Assembly: GCA_964585955.1 (NCBI GenBank)
Contig: CAZPFZ010000001.1
Span: forward strand, 1-30,098
From: an uncultured Acidiphilium sp.
GTDB lineage: Bacteria; Bacillota; Clostridia; Christensenellales; Borkfalkiaceae
DNA length: 30,098 nucleotides
Reading direction: 5' to 3'
The notes beneath the pieces are model-generated. The model worked only from the letters and a program-made list of their open reading frames with translations, ran no database searches and was not told the origin of the DNA. This document shows, in pieces, positions 1-8,684 of the stretch. A program made the translations under genes and the position numbers. The first letter of the stretch is position 1, and each line of letters opens with the position of its first letter.

Positions 1-211
1 CCGCCACCTTATCCCGTGTTTCGCGTTGTGTAAAACACGGTAGCGGTTACAAAAAGTTTTTGTAAAATGCTTTTGTTTTTTCAACCGGTTAAGGGATTCT
101 TTCGTGCTTTTTATGTATATTTATAGCACGTCATGTATATTACGCTGCTATATATTCATAAAACGAAATTTATATACATATAACTAACATAAAAACTATA
201 TATCCTTTGTT

Positions 212-240
212 ATCCTGTGTTTTAAGCGCAGGATTTTTTT
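212..240 (+). terminator. Probable intrinsic terminator of an upstream transcript
   Basis: ATCCTGTG-(TTTTAAG)-CGCAGGAT 8-bp stem with one G-U pair, followed by T6. Confidence 0.5.
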
Positions 241-619
241 ATTTAAAAAAAAGAAGTTAACGCTTTGCTTTCAAAGTGTGTGTAGTGAAAAAAAGGATAC
301 TTTTATATATTTTTAATAAAAAGTTGAAAGTGTAAATTTATATTTTTAAAACTGCAAAAGAGTTATATTTTTTACACCTTATTAAGTATAATTGGGCAAA
401 TTATAGTAAATTTGTTGTTTTTTTTGTAAACATTATGCAAAGTGTTTAAATTGGTAAAAAAGTATATCGTCTGTTGCTAATATTCACTTTTTTGAAATTA
501 TTGTGTATGGACTATTGCTCGATATGGGTATAAAATTAAAGAAAAAAGATATAAAGTTGATTGAAAAAAAGTTGCTTTTAATAAATTGCACCATTTTCGG
601 TGTGGGGAGAAAAACTTTG

Positions 620-2812
620 ATGAAGAAAAAATTAATTGCTTTGGTTGTAGCATTGATGTTTAGTATGTCAATGTTTGCGGGGTGCGGAATGGATACAGAA
701 CAATCAGATATCGTAAAATCAAGCGACATAGAGAGTGCTGTTGGTGGCAACGATTCCCCCCAAGAACATTTACGTCACGTTTACGGTGAGTGGGAAGTTG
801 TAAACGGGGAAATCATAAGAAGATGCGCTTGCGGGGCAACGGAGAAAAAAATTACCGTAACAGAAGTGCCCGGTGCATTGACTTTAACAGCGGATATAAA
901 CGAAAGTGAAAATCTTTCTTTGCTTAAAAAAATCACTATGTATAATGCGGGGACGATAGATCCCATTTCTAATTATGAGCGTGACTTAAACCTTATTGAA
1001 GATCTTAACGCCGAATCATTGCGTATTGATCTTTCTATCGGAAAGGGTGACGGGGGTAGAAATTATACCGGCGATGAATGGATGGTAACCGGTAATGGCG
1101 ACGATTGGGAAAATTATTCATATAATTTTGACCAGCTTGACGGTATAATAGCGCAACTTTTAGAAAAAGACGTGTTGCCATATATGTCTTGGTGCTATAT
1201 TCCCAAGCCTTTGCAAGAAAATCCTAATGATCTAAGTTGGGGCTGGACAAATTTGAACCAAAACCTACCAAATTGGCGTCAAGCTTGGCAAAATTTGCAC
1301 TACAACTATGCAAAACATTATAAGGATGTAGGGTTGCAAATTGGTTATCACGAAATTTATAACGAACCCGATCTATTCGGCGTATTTATGAATTACGGTG
1401 ATTTTCAAAATAGGATATATAACGACATGTATGTATACGGTGCAAGGGGGATTCGCGAAGCCGATCCCGATGCAACCGTCGGCGGACCTGCTTTTGCAAT
1501 TGCTGAAAGTGCAGGCAATACAGGATTTATAGATGTTGTAAAAAATACTAATTCACCTATGGATTTCTTTTCTTTCCATTCTTATATGGACGGAAATACT
1601 TGGCCTAACGAATTGAATTATGTCGGCGATTTAATAGCACGTGACCCTTATTTTTTAACAACAGCTATTCACATTAACGAATTTTCTTGGTTGCATTCAG
1701 AAAATGGCGGTCAATCGGGGTCAAACAGTCAGTTTAATACGTATGTTGGCGGACAAAAAACCCTTTCTGCAATTATGGAAGTTGTAGAGCGTACCGATGT
1801 GCAATGGGCGCATTGGGCACAATTTATGGAATCCACTTGCGGTGACGATCCTTACGGTCTAATTTTTAAAAACGGGCACGTAAAAGCTGCGTATAATGCG
1901 GTAAAAATGTATAACGATATGCCCGTATGGCGGTATAAAGTTAATAAGTCGAGCGAAGACGATAGTGTAAGAGCGGTATGTTCGGCAAATGACGAAAAAA
2001 TAGGATATCTTATTTGGAATACGTCCGGGCGAGAAAAACAGGTTAATGTAAAGTTAGATAATACATATTTTGCAAACGGAACACGTCGTGTGTATCGTAT
2101 TGATAAAAATCACGGAAGTTACAAAGATAATCATTCTGCAGAGCATCTTGTGGCTGAAGAAATAGGCGGTATAGATTTAGAGGAAGGTAATATATGGTCG
2201 GGTACCATTCCCGCAAACGGAGTTGTATATATTACTGTAAACGAAAACGGATATGATGATTTTACAAGTTGGGAAGAACGTCGTACAAATTTTGCTACCG
2301 ACGTAAAAACAAGTTATTATTATGCCGACAGAGCAAAACTTGACAGAGTGCGCGCCGGTAAATCCAGCTATGCTCATTTTGATCGCAACAGTTGGACAAT
2401 GTATCTCTCACAAGGTGATTATAACGATGCGCATGCCGATGCATCGGTTATAGTGAAAAATTTACCCGAAAAGTTTAAAGTGAATTTTAATACAGAAGGG
2501 TATGTTAGAAACATCGATAAAAATTCGGCATTAGCATTCCGTATCGATTTTTACGATGAAGATAGCGGTAAATATAGCAACAGTGTACTTTTCCATAACG
2601 GAATATATAACGATTCGCGCAATGCTTTTCTCGCTCCTTGGGGAACGGCGTGTGCTCCGGATGAAGTTGTAGAATTCGACGGTTCCGAATGTGATATCAA
2701 CATTGCCGACTATGCCCCCGATGGGTGGAATGCAGCAACGGGGAAGGCTCAAATTTCCTTCATTATGCAAAATACAGGGGCTAACACGCGTGCGGCGATC
2801 AGTCTTTATTAA
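620..2812 (+). CDS. Lipoprotein glycoside hydrolase, GH39-like (clan GH-A), with an uncharacterised C-terminal domain
   Basis: Start moved from 503 to ATG 620 (in frame, GGGGAG RBS upstream, gives MKKKLIALVVALMFSMSMFAG-C lipobox). Acid/base motif HEIYNEPD, nucleophile motif IHINEFS, and VGGPAFA and DFFSFHSY as in GH39. Paralogue of 17791-20088. Confidence 0.8.
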   Translation: MKKKLIALVVALMFSMSMFAGCGMDTEQSDIVKSSDIESAVGGNDSPQEHLRHVYGEWEVVNGEIIRRCACGATEKKITVTEVPGALTLTADINESENLSLLKKITMYNAGTIDPISNYERDLNLIEDLNAESLRIDLSIGKGDGGRNYTGDEWMVTGNGDDWENYSYNFDQLDGIIAQLLEKDVLPYMSWCYIPKPLQENPNDLSWGWTNLNQNLPNWRQAWQNLHYNYAKHYKDVGLQIGYHEIYNEPDLFGVFMNYGDFQNRIYNDMYVYGARGIREADPDATVGGPAFAIAESAGNTGFIDVVKNTNSPMDFFSFHSYMDGNTWPNELNYVGDLIARDPYFLTTAIHINEFSWLHSENGGQSGSNSQFNTYVGGQKTLSAIMEVVERTDVQWAHWAQFMESTCGDDPYGLIFKNGHVKAAYNAVKMYNDMPVWRYKVNKSSEDDSVRAVCSANDEKIGYLIWNTSGREKQVNVKLDNTYFANGTRRVYRIDKNHGSYKDNHSAEHLVAEEIGGIDLEEGNIWSGTIPANGVVYITVNENGYDDFTSWEERRTNFATDVKTSYYYADRAKLDRVRAGKSSYAHFDRNSWTMYLSQGDYNDAHADASVIVKNLPEKFKVNFNTEGYVRNIDKNSALAFRIDFYDEDSGKYSNSVLFHNGIYNDSRNAFLAPWGTACAPDEVVEFDGSECDINIADYAPDGWNAATGKAQISFIMQNTGANTRAAISLY

Positions 2813-2884
2813 ATATAAAAAACAACAAATAAAAAAACTTTAAGATATATTTTTGCTTAAAAAAAGAATTAAATCGGAGAAAAT

Positions 2885-4927
2885 ATGAAGTATAATATGC
2901 GTTTTCGCAAAGTATTTGCTTTAATCCTTGCTGTTATTTCAGTAAGTGTAATAATGGGATGCGAGTTTGAAGACAGTGCATCAAATGGTTTGTCCTTGTC
3001 GGCGGGTGATTCTTCATCAATCGAAAACAACGATAGTAGCGATATTATAGATAGCTCTGAATTTGATTCTTCAAGCAGTGGAGATGAACTTGATTCTTCA
3101 AGTGGCGGTTCCGATGTTATAGAACCTATTACGCCACAGCCTACACAGTCAACAATAAAGAATGTTATTTACTTAATTGCAGACGGATTAAGTTCATCAA
3201 CAATAAATCTTGCTCGTGAGCTTAAAGGTGATTCCTTATATTTGGATGAGATTTTGATCGGACAAGAAATGGTATCCACAACTAATTTATCAACGCTAAA
3301 AAATGCGGGAGCCGATGAGTCGTGGAAAATATCCAACACCGATTCTTCATCTTGCGGAACAGCCCTTGCAACCGGTAGAAAGACATATAAAAACGGTCAA
3401 GGACAAATAAGACATGATAACGATCAATATGTTCCGTATGCCAATGACGGTGTAAAAACCGATTGGAAAAACGGTGAACTCGAAAGATTAAGATCTATAA
3501 TAGACTTAGCTCAGGATCAAGGTAAAAAAACAGCTGTTATTACAACAGCGGATATTCTCGATTCTACGCCGTCTGCATTCTATTCTCATTCCGAACGCGG
3601 CTATTGGGATACTATTTATGCTGATTTAAAAGCTTCCGATATCGACGTTTTAGTAGGTACTAACTCATATGCGGGAAATACTTTGTCATCATGGCGACAG
3701 GAATTCGGAGCTCTCGGATATAAAAAAGTAGAATATACGAAAAAAAGCGATTTAGATAAAGTAAATAAAGGCGAAAAATATATTTCGATTGCGGATTCCG
3801 GAAACGGCAATCACGATCCGTTTTGGGATTATAATAATTACCGAGCCGACAATATTCGCATTTTTGAACATTTTTCTAAAACGTTAGAGCTGTTTGAAGA
3901 CGAAGAAGATGGTTTCTTTATTATGTTAGAGGGTGGCGAAATCGATATAGGCGGACATAACGATGAATCACAGCATGCCCTTAGTGAATTATATGCTTTC
4001 GACGAAACTGTAAGGTTAGCATTAGATTTTGCCGCAGTTAGGGATGATACCATGGTTGTAGTTACGGTTGACCACGGGAACAGTCAATTTCATTATAAAA
4101 ACAATGTAAGTGCTGAAAATTTTAATTTAACTTGGACGGATGAAGCGTATTTTTATAATAATTTTGCAACATTTACAAGTTGGATGAAAAATAACGTAAC
4201 TAAAAATTATGACGGTCACACGTTGGAAAACGTTATGTTGGGTTTGTATGTGCCCGATGCAATAGATAATATTTTTGAGGGAAAAAGTAAAATCGAAAAC
4301 ATAGAAATCCCTCGTTATATTGCAAGTCTTTTAAATATAGATATAGATTACGAAAATCGTATTTTTAACGGACTCGAAGTAGAAGAACCGTTCGGTTATA
4401 TTGTTGTCGATTTTGACGAAAATTTACAAATCGGAAAAGATAATGCCGTATCTGCCGTTTCTTATTGGGGCGCAAATACTTCCGGTTGTAGGGCGATAAA
4501 AGCATCATCGGTGGCTTTTCACGATTGTGAAAACATCAAGGGCGATACATGTTATGCATTAAGATGTTTTAATACCAATAATGCAAGCACGGGCATTGCA
4601 ATTACGCTACCTTCGCCAATCGCTATTAAGCAATATAAACTTACATCGCTAACCTTACGTTGTCAAATTAGTTTAGATGCAGTTGATTCTTATCCGATGT
4701 GCCGTTTATATAAAGGTAGCAACGAGATTTTAAATAACCCATCAACCAACGGTGTTTCGTTAGCGCAACATGCAAATTCAAAAGTTGTTGATGTTAATCT
4801 CGGTAATATAGATTTTTCAAAACTTGCCGATTCGGATGGCATTATCCGAAGCTTTACTATTAACATTCGTACAAAGAGTATAGGATACATATATTTAGAT
4901 GAAATTCGCTTTGCGTACGAAATATAA
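2885..4927 (+). CDS. Alkaline phosphatase family lipoprotein with an extra C-terminal beta-rich domain
   Basis: Lipobox VIMG-C and Ser/Asp-rich linker. AP motifs IADGLS, TDSSSCGTALATG (Ser nucleophile), TPSAFYSHSER, LEGGEIDIGGH, VTVDHG and GHT. About 180 aa of extra C-terminal sequence. Confidence 0.88.
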   Translation: MKYNMRFRKVFALILAVISVSVIMGCEFEDSASNGLSLSAGDSSSIENNDSSDIIDSSEFDSSSSGDELDSSSGGSDVIEPITPQPTQSTIKNVIYLIADGLSSSTINLARELKGDSLYLDEILIGQEMVSTTNLSTLKNAGADESWKISNTDSSSCGTALATGRKTYKNGQGQIRHDNDQYVPYANDGVKTDWKNGELERLRSIIDLAQDQGKKTAVITTADILDSTPSAFYSHSERGYWDTIYADLKASDIDVLVGTNSYAGNTLSSWRQEFGALGYKKVEYTKKSDLDKVNKGEKYISIADSGNGNHDPFWDYNNYRADNIRIFEHFSKTLELFEDEEDGFFIMLEGGEIDIGGHNDESQHALSELYAFDETVRLALDFAAVRDDTMVVVTVDHGNSQFHYKNNVSAENFNLTWTDEAYFYNNFATFTSWMKNNVTKNYDGHTLENVMLGLYVPDAIDNIFEGKSKIENIEIPRYIASLLNIDIDYENRIFNGLEVEEPFGYIVVDFDENLQIGKDNAVSAVSYWGANTSGCRAIKASSVAFHDCENIKGDTCYALRCFNTNNASTGIAITLPSPIAIKQYKLTSLTLRCQISLDAVDSYPMCRLYKGSNEILNNPSTNGVSLAQHANSKVVDVNLGNIDFSKLADSDGIIRSFTINIRTKSIGYIYLDEIRFAYEI

Positions 4928-4935
4928 AACCTATG

Positions 4936-4970
4936 GCGATACGAAAGGGCAAAGCTATGTTCTTTCTCGC
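4936..4970 (+). other. Intergenic stem-loop without U-tract
   Basis: GCGA-(TAC bulge)-GAAAGGGC pairs with GTTCTTTC-TCGC; followed by AATAAAAAAT. Confidence 0.5.
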
Positions 4971-4998
4971 AATAAAAAATACATTGAGGTGTGTAATT

Positions 4999-7320
4999 AT
5001 GATGAAAACGAGAACATTAATGATTATGTTTCTTGCAATGGCAGTAGCTGTTTCTACAGCTTTATGCACGGTAGGGTGCGGGTCAAACGACAATCCACCT
5101 GAATCTAACCCGACATCGGAGCTTCCCGATGAATCGAGCGGTGGCGGAGGACAGTCTTCTCCTACAGAGGAGAAAAAAGAGGTAACAGTCCGTTTTCTTG
5201 TAGATGGTGAAGTTTATCAAGAGATAACCGGTTTAGAAGGTGCAAGAATCACTCTTCCCCAAAAGCAACCCACAAAAGATCATATGACCTTTGTAAAGTG
5301 GGAAGGTTATACCAACGGCACGAGATTTACCGAAAATAGGGATTACAATGCAGTTTTTGAAGATGTGATTTATACTGTAAAATTCACTGACGGCAACACA
5401 ACTGTAAAAACCGTTGAAGGTAAATACGGCGATACGTTTGAAGCACCTGAAAACCTTGCAGACAAACCCGGATATATATTCATGGGGTGGGAAGGTTTCG
5501 ACGCTACCAATTTAGCTATTGGCGGAAATGCCGAATATGCAGCAAACTGGCTTAAAATGAATGTTTCTTACAGTGCAGAAGGTACATATGATAACACTGT
5601 TTTAACAAAAGACAGTATGTTTGCAACCAGCGAAGCAGTTGCTAAATTTGACCTTGTACAAAACACTGAAAACGCTGCAGACGAAGCAAAGAAATTTGAA
5701 GTTAGTCTTGCTCACGACGGTGAATATTTATACGTATATATTTATTCCGAAGATAATGATCAAAACGATGACGACAGATTGTCTTTCTATATTGTGAAAA
5801 ATGGTCAAACCACGACTACTCTTATCGAAACAAAACCCAATCTTGCCGATCCTTACACAAAAGGTAAAGACGCTTGCTCTTTAATTAATGCAGGCAAAGT
5901 AGAAGGCGGATATGCATTAAAGGCAAAAATTGATCTTTCTTCACTTGAAATTAGCGAACAAACATTACGTTTTGGTGTACGCTTCATTGATATGAACAAC
6001 AAAGTTGTTTACCTTAGCAAAGGTGCAACTGCAGATAACGGCGCAACAAAGGTAGATAACGCTGCTAACCTTCCTGTATGGGAAATTGCAGGCGATATTT
6101 CTATAGACGGTGACGATTCCGAATGGGAAAATATTGTAAAAACCGATATACCCGCTAGCGGATTTACCTCTTGGGTAGGCAGTGTTCCTGCCGATTTCGC
6201 TATAAAAGCAGCATTCAAAGCAGACGCTAAAAACTTATATGCTCGTATTGAAGTAAAAGATTCAATACTTGTTGCCGGAACAGATGAAGGTAAAAACGAC
6301 GGTAGTAAGTATGATGGCGACGCTATGCAAATCGCGTTTAACGCAGGTAACGGACGTTTCTTCTATTCCTTCGATTACAGAGGCGACGGAAATCAAGGAT
6401 ATATCATTTGTCAAAACGGCGTAACCAATGAAAATGTTACATTAGTAGGCGCATATTTATATACCAAAAATGTTGAAGGCGGCTGGGCAGCAGAATTAAG
6501 TATTCCTCTTTCAACTATCCTTGGCGATACATTTACCTTTAATGCTGAAAATCCCATTAATTTAAAAGTATTGGTTTGTTACATTGATCGTGACGAAGGC
6601 GAAGGCGCTGTTACAGGTGCATACGGTACGTTCTGTGATTTTGAAGCATGGGGCGACGAAGATGGTATGCCTTTAACATTGAAGGCTGATGGTACATATC
6701 AATTGACTATTCCTTCTAAAGAACCCATTCAACCCGTACAACCTGCAACTCCCGTAGGAATTGCTCCTGTCGCATATGTGGAAAACGCAACTTTTGATGC
6801 AACAAATTTAACAAAAGACGCTCTTTTTGCAAATGCAACCGACATTACTAAATTTCAAAAAGTAGAAGGTAGTGGCGACTTTAGTTATGTTTTAAATCTT
6901 GTACACGATAACAACTATTTATACGTATACATTTTTTCGGCAGATACCGCACAAAACGATACCGATAGAGTAACATTTTACTTTGTTAAAAAAGGTGAAA
7001 CAAAAACTTTATGTGTAGAAACCTATCCCAACAAGGCTGATCCTTATAAAACTAATAAGGATGCTTGTGCAGCAATTATTGCAGGCAAAGTAGAGGGTGG
7101 ATATGCGTTAAAAGCAAAGATTGCTCTTGCCGATATCGAAATTAAAGAAGGCGGCAAAATTAACTTTGGCGTACGTTTGATCAATAATGATAATAATGCA
7201 AATACCATTTACCTTAGCGATGGAGCAACCGCAGATAACGGTGCAACAAAGGTAGATAACGCGGCAAACCTTCCCGAGTATACTTTAACAGATTATAGAT
7301 CAACTACTACTGAGGAATAA
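4999..7320 (+). CDS. Lipoprotein with no recognisable catalytic domain: 2 InlB-B-type repeats + compact CBM9/DOMON-like domain + CBM9-like domain + second compact domain
   Basis: Start moved from 4933 to ATG 4999 or 5002 (GAGGTG RBS). Lipobox TVG-C. Repeats VTVRFLVDGE..PTKDHMTFVKW and YTVKFTDG..KPGYIFMGW. ISIDGDDSEW..NLYARIEVKD..GWAAELSIPL is CBM9-like. Internal duplication at aa level (5554-6081 vs 6760-7281). Confidence 0.7.
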   Translation: MMKTRTLMIMFLAMAVAVSTALCTVGCGSNDNPPESNPTSELPDESSGGGGQSSPTEEKKEVTVRFLVDGEVYQEITGLEGARITLPQKQPTKDHMTFVKWEGYTNGTRFTENRDYNAVFEDVIYTVKFTDGNTTVKTVEGKYGDTFEAPENLADKPGYIFMGWEGFDATNLAIGGNAEYAANWLKMNVSYSAEGTYDNTVLTKDSMFATSEAVAKFDLVQNTENAADEAKKFEVSLAHDGEYLYVYIYSEDNDQNDDDRLSFYIVKNGQTTTTLIETKPNLADPYTKGKDACSLINAGKVEGGYALKAKIDLSSLEISEQTLRFGVRFIDMNNKVVYLSKGATADNGATKVDNAANLPVWEIAGDISIDGDDSEWENIVKTDIPASGFTSWVGSVPADFAIKAAFKADAKNLYARIEVKDSILVAGTDEGKNDGSKYDGDAMQIAFNAGNGRFFYSFDYRGDGNQGYIICQNGVTNENVTLVGAYLYTKNVEGGWAAELSIPLSTILGDTFTFNAENPINLKVLVCYIDRDEGEGAVTGAYGTFCDFEAWGDEDGMPLTLKADGTYQLTIPSKEPIQPVQPATPVGIAPVAYVENATFDATNLTKDALFANATDITKFQKVEGSGDFSYVLNLVHDNNYLYVYIFSADTAQNDTDRVTFYFVKKGETKTLCVETYPNKADPYKTNKDACAAIIAGKVEGGYALKAKIALADIEIKEGGKINFGVRLINNDNNANTIYLSDGATADNGATKVDNAANLPEYTLTDYRSTTTEE

Positions 7321-7447
7321 TAAATATTTATTTGACTGTTTTAAACGGTAAAAAAAGCAATCATTTAGGGATTGGTAAATTTGTTTTAGTGATATAAATC
7401 CGCAAATAACGTAATTATTAAAAATTAACAAGCTAAATACAAATTGA

Positions 7448-7488
7448 TTTGTTTCGGAAATCGAGGCGATCTCGATTTCCGAAACAAA
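7448..7488. other. Perfect 18-bp inverted repeat (hairpin) just upstream of an RBS
   Basis: TTTGTTTCGGAAATCGAG-GCGAT-CTCGATTTCCGAAACAAA; no U-tract downstream on either strand. Confidence 0.85.
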
Positions 7489-7512
7489 AAACTAAAATTC
7501 AGGAGTATAAAT

Positions 7513-8616
7513 ATGAATGCAAAAAAAATTATTATATTGATTCTTGCCATTGTTTCAATTGTTGCTTTTGCCGCGTTTGGTGGATGCAAAAAAGGCAACG
7601 AAAGTTCAATCGATTCGAATACTGAAAATTCTCAATATACAGATGGGGAATCTTCAATTGAGCCGACTCAAACAGTAACGGTGCGTTTTCTTGTTGATGG
7701 CGAAGTTTACCAAGAAGTAAGCGGAACGGTTGGAGCAAGAATTGTTGCCCCTAAAACAAAACCGTCAAAAGATCATATGACTTTTGTCAAATGGGACGGC
7801 TACACAAACGGCGCAAGATTTTCCGAAGATGCCGATTTTAACGCTGTATTCGAAGATATAATTTATAAAATTACCTTTGTTAGTCTTGGTAAAACAGTGA
7901 CTACTGTAGAAGGCAAATACGGCGATACTTTCCAAGTTCCTACAACCCCCACAGCCGGTTCAGGCTATACATTTATCGGTTGGAACGGATTAGATACATC
8001 GAATCTTATTATAGAAGATGATGCCGAATACGTTGCACAATGGGAATATGCAGCTCCGAGCATAGCATATGCTACAGGCTCGTTTGATGCCTCTACATTA
8101 GAAAAAGATGCAATATTCAACAACGCAACTACGGTAACTAATTTCCAAATGGTACAAAACACCGAAAATGCCGCCGATGCTAATAAAGCATATACGGTTA
8201 GCCTTGTAAACGACGGTACTTATTTGTATGTTTATATTTTTTCTGCCGACACGGAACGTAACGATGACGATAGACTTTCATTCTATATTGTAAAGAAAGA
8301 TTCTACCGAAACTTCTAATGTTCAAACATATCCCAACAAATCCGAGCCTTATAGCACAAATAAGGATGCTTGTGAAGCTATTAACGTAGGTAAAGTGGAA
8401 GGCGGATACGTTTTAAAAGCAAAAATAGCACTTTCTACATTAGAAATCAGCGACGATAACAAGATTGGCTTTGGCGTACGTTTTATCGATATGAACAATA
8501 AAGTTGTTTATCTCAGCGAAGGTTCTATTGTTGACGATTCGACAAAAACAAAAACGGGTAAGGCAATCAATCTTCCTAAAATGCAGCTTGCAAGCGCGAC
8601 TACAAATAACGATTAA
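7513..8616 (+). CDS. Lipoprotein: 2 InlB-B-type repeats + compact CBM9/DOMON-like domain (paralogue of the N-terminal part of 4999-7320)
   Basis: Start moved from 7444 to ATG 7513 (AGGAG RBS). Lipobox FGG-C. Shares VTVRFLVDGEVYQE, KDHMTFVKW, VQNTENAAD, NDDDRLSFYIVK and FGVRFIDMNNKVVYLS with the upstream gene. Confidence 0.75.
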   Translation: MNAKKIIILILAIVSIVAFAAFGGCKKGNESSIDSNTENSQYTDGESSIEPTQTVTVRFLVDGEVYQEVSGTVGARIVAPKTKPSKDHMTFVKWDGYTNGARFSEDADFNAVFEDIIYKITFVSLGKTVTTVEGKYGDTFQVPTTPTAGSGYTFIGWNGLDTSNLIIEDDAEYVAQWEYAAPSIAYATGSFDASTLEKDAIFNNATTVTNFQMVQNTENAADANKAYTVSLVNDGTYLYVYIFSADTERNDDDRLSFYIVKKDSTETSNVQTYPNKSEPYSTNKDACEAINVGKVEGGYVLKAKIALSTLEISDDNKIGFGVRFIDMNNKVVYLSEGSIVDDSTKTKTGKAINLPKMQLASATTNND

Positions 8617-8628
8617 TTTTAGCAACAT

Positions 8629-8656
8629 TTGGATGCCGAGCATTATCGGCATCCAA
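8629..8656. other. Perfect 11-bp intergenic hairpin without U-tract
   Basis: TTGGATGCCGA-GCATTA-TCGGCATCCAA followed by GAAAAAAA. Confidence 0.75.
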
Positions 8657-8684
8657 GAAAAAAATATTTTTAAGAGGTGTAAAA

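Noticed and set aside
1-9. CCGCCACC resembling a tRNA 3' end (possible integration site)
   Set aside because: Only 8 nt visible, followed by T rather than A, and no cloverleaf within the window; needs upstream sequence.
503-619. ORF-track N-terminal extensions (503, and likewise 4933, 7444, 15494)
   Set aside because: No RBS at those starts; downstream ATGs (620, 4999, 7513, 15551) have good RBSs and give clean lipoprotein signal peptides.
240-619. CcpA cre site, XylR operator or firm sigma-A promoter upstream of GH39-1
   Set aside because: Only partial matches in very AT-rich DNA (e.g. TGGACT-17-TAAAAT at 508-536; TTTACA and TATAAT only 10 nt apart at 371-392); not enough to call.
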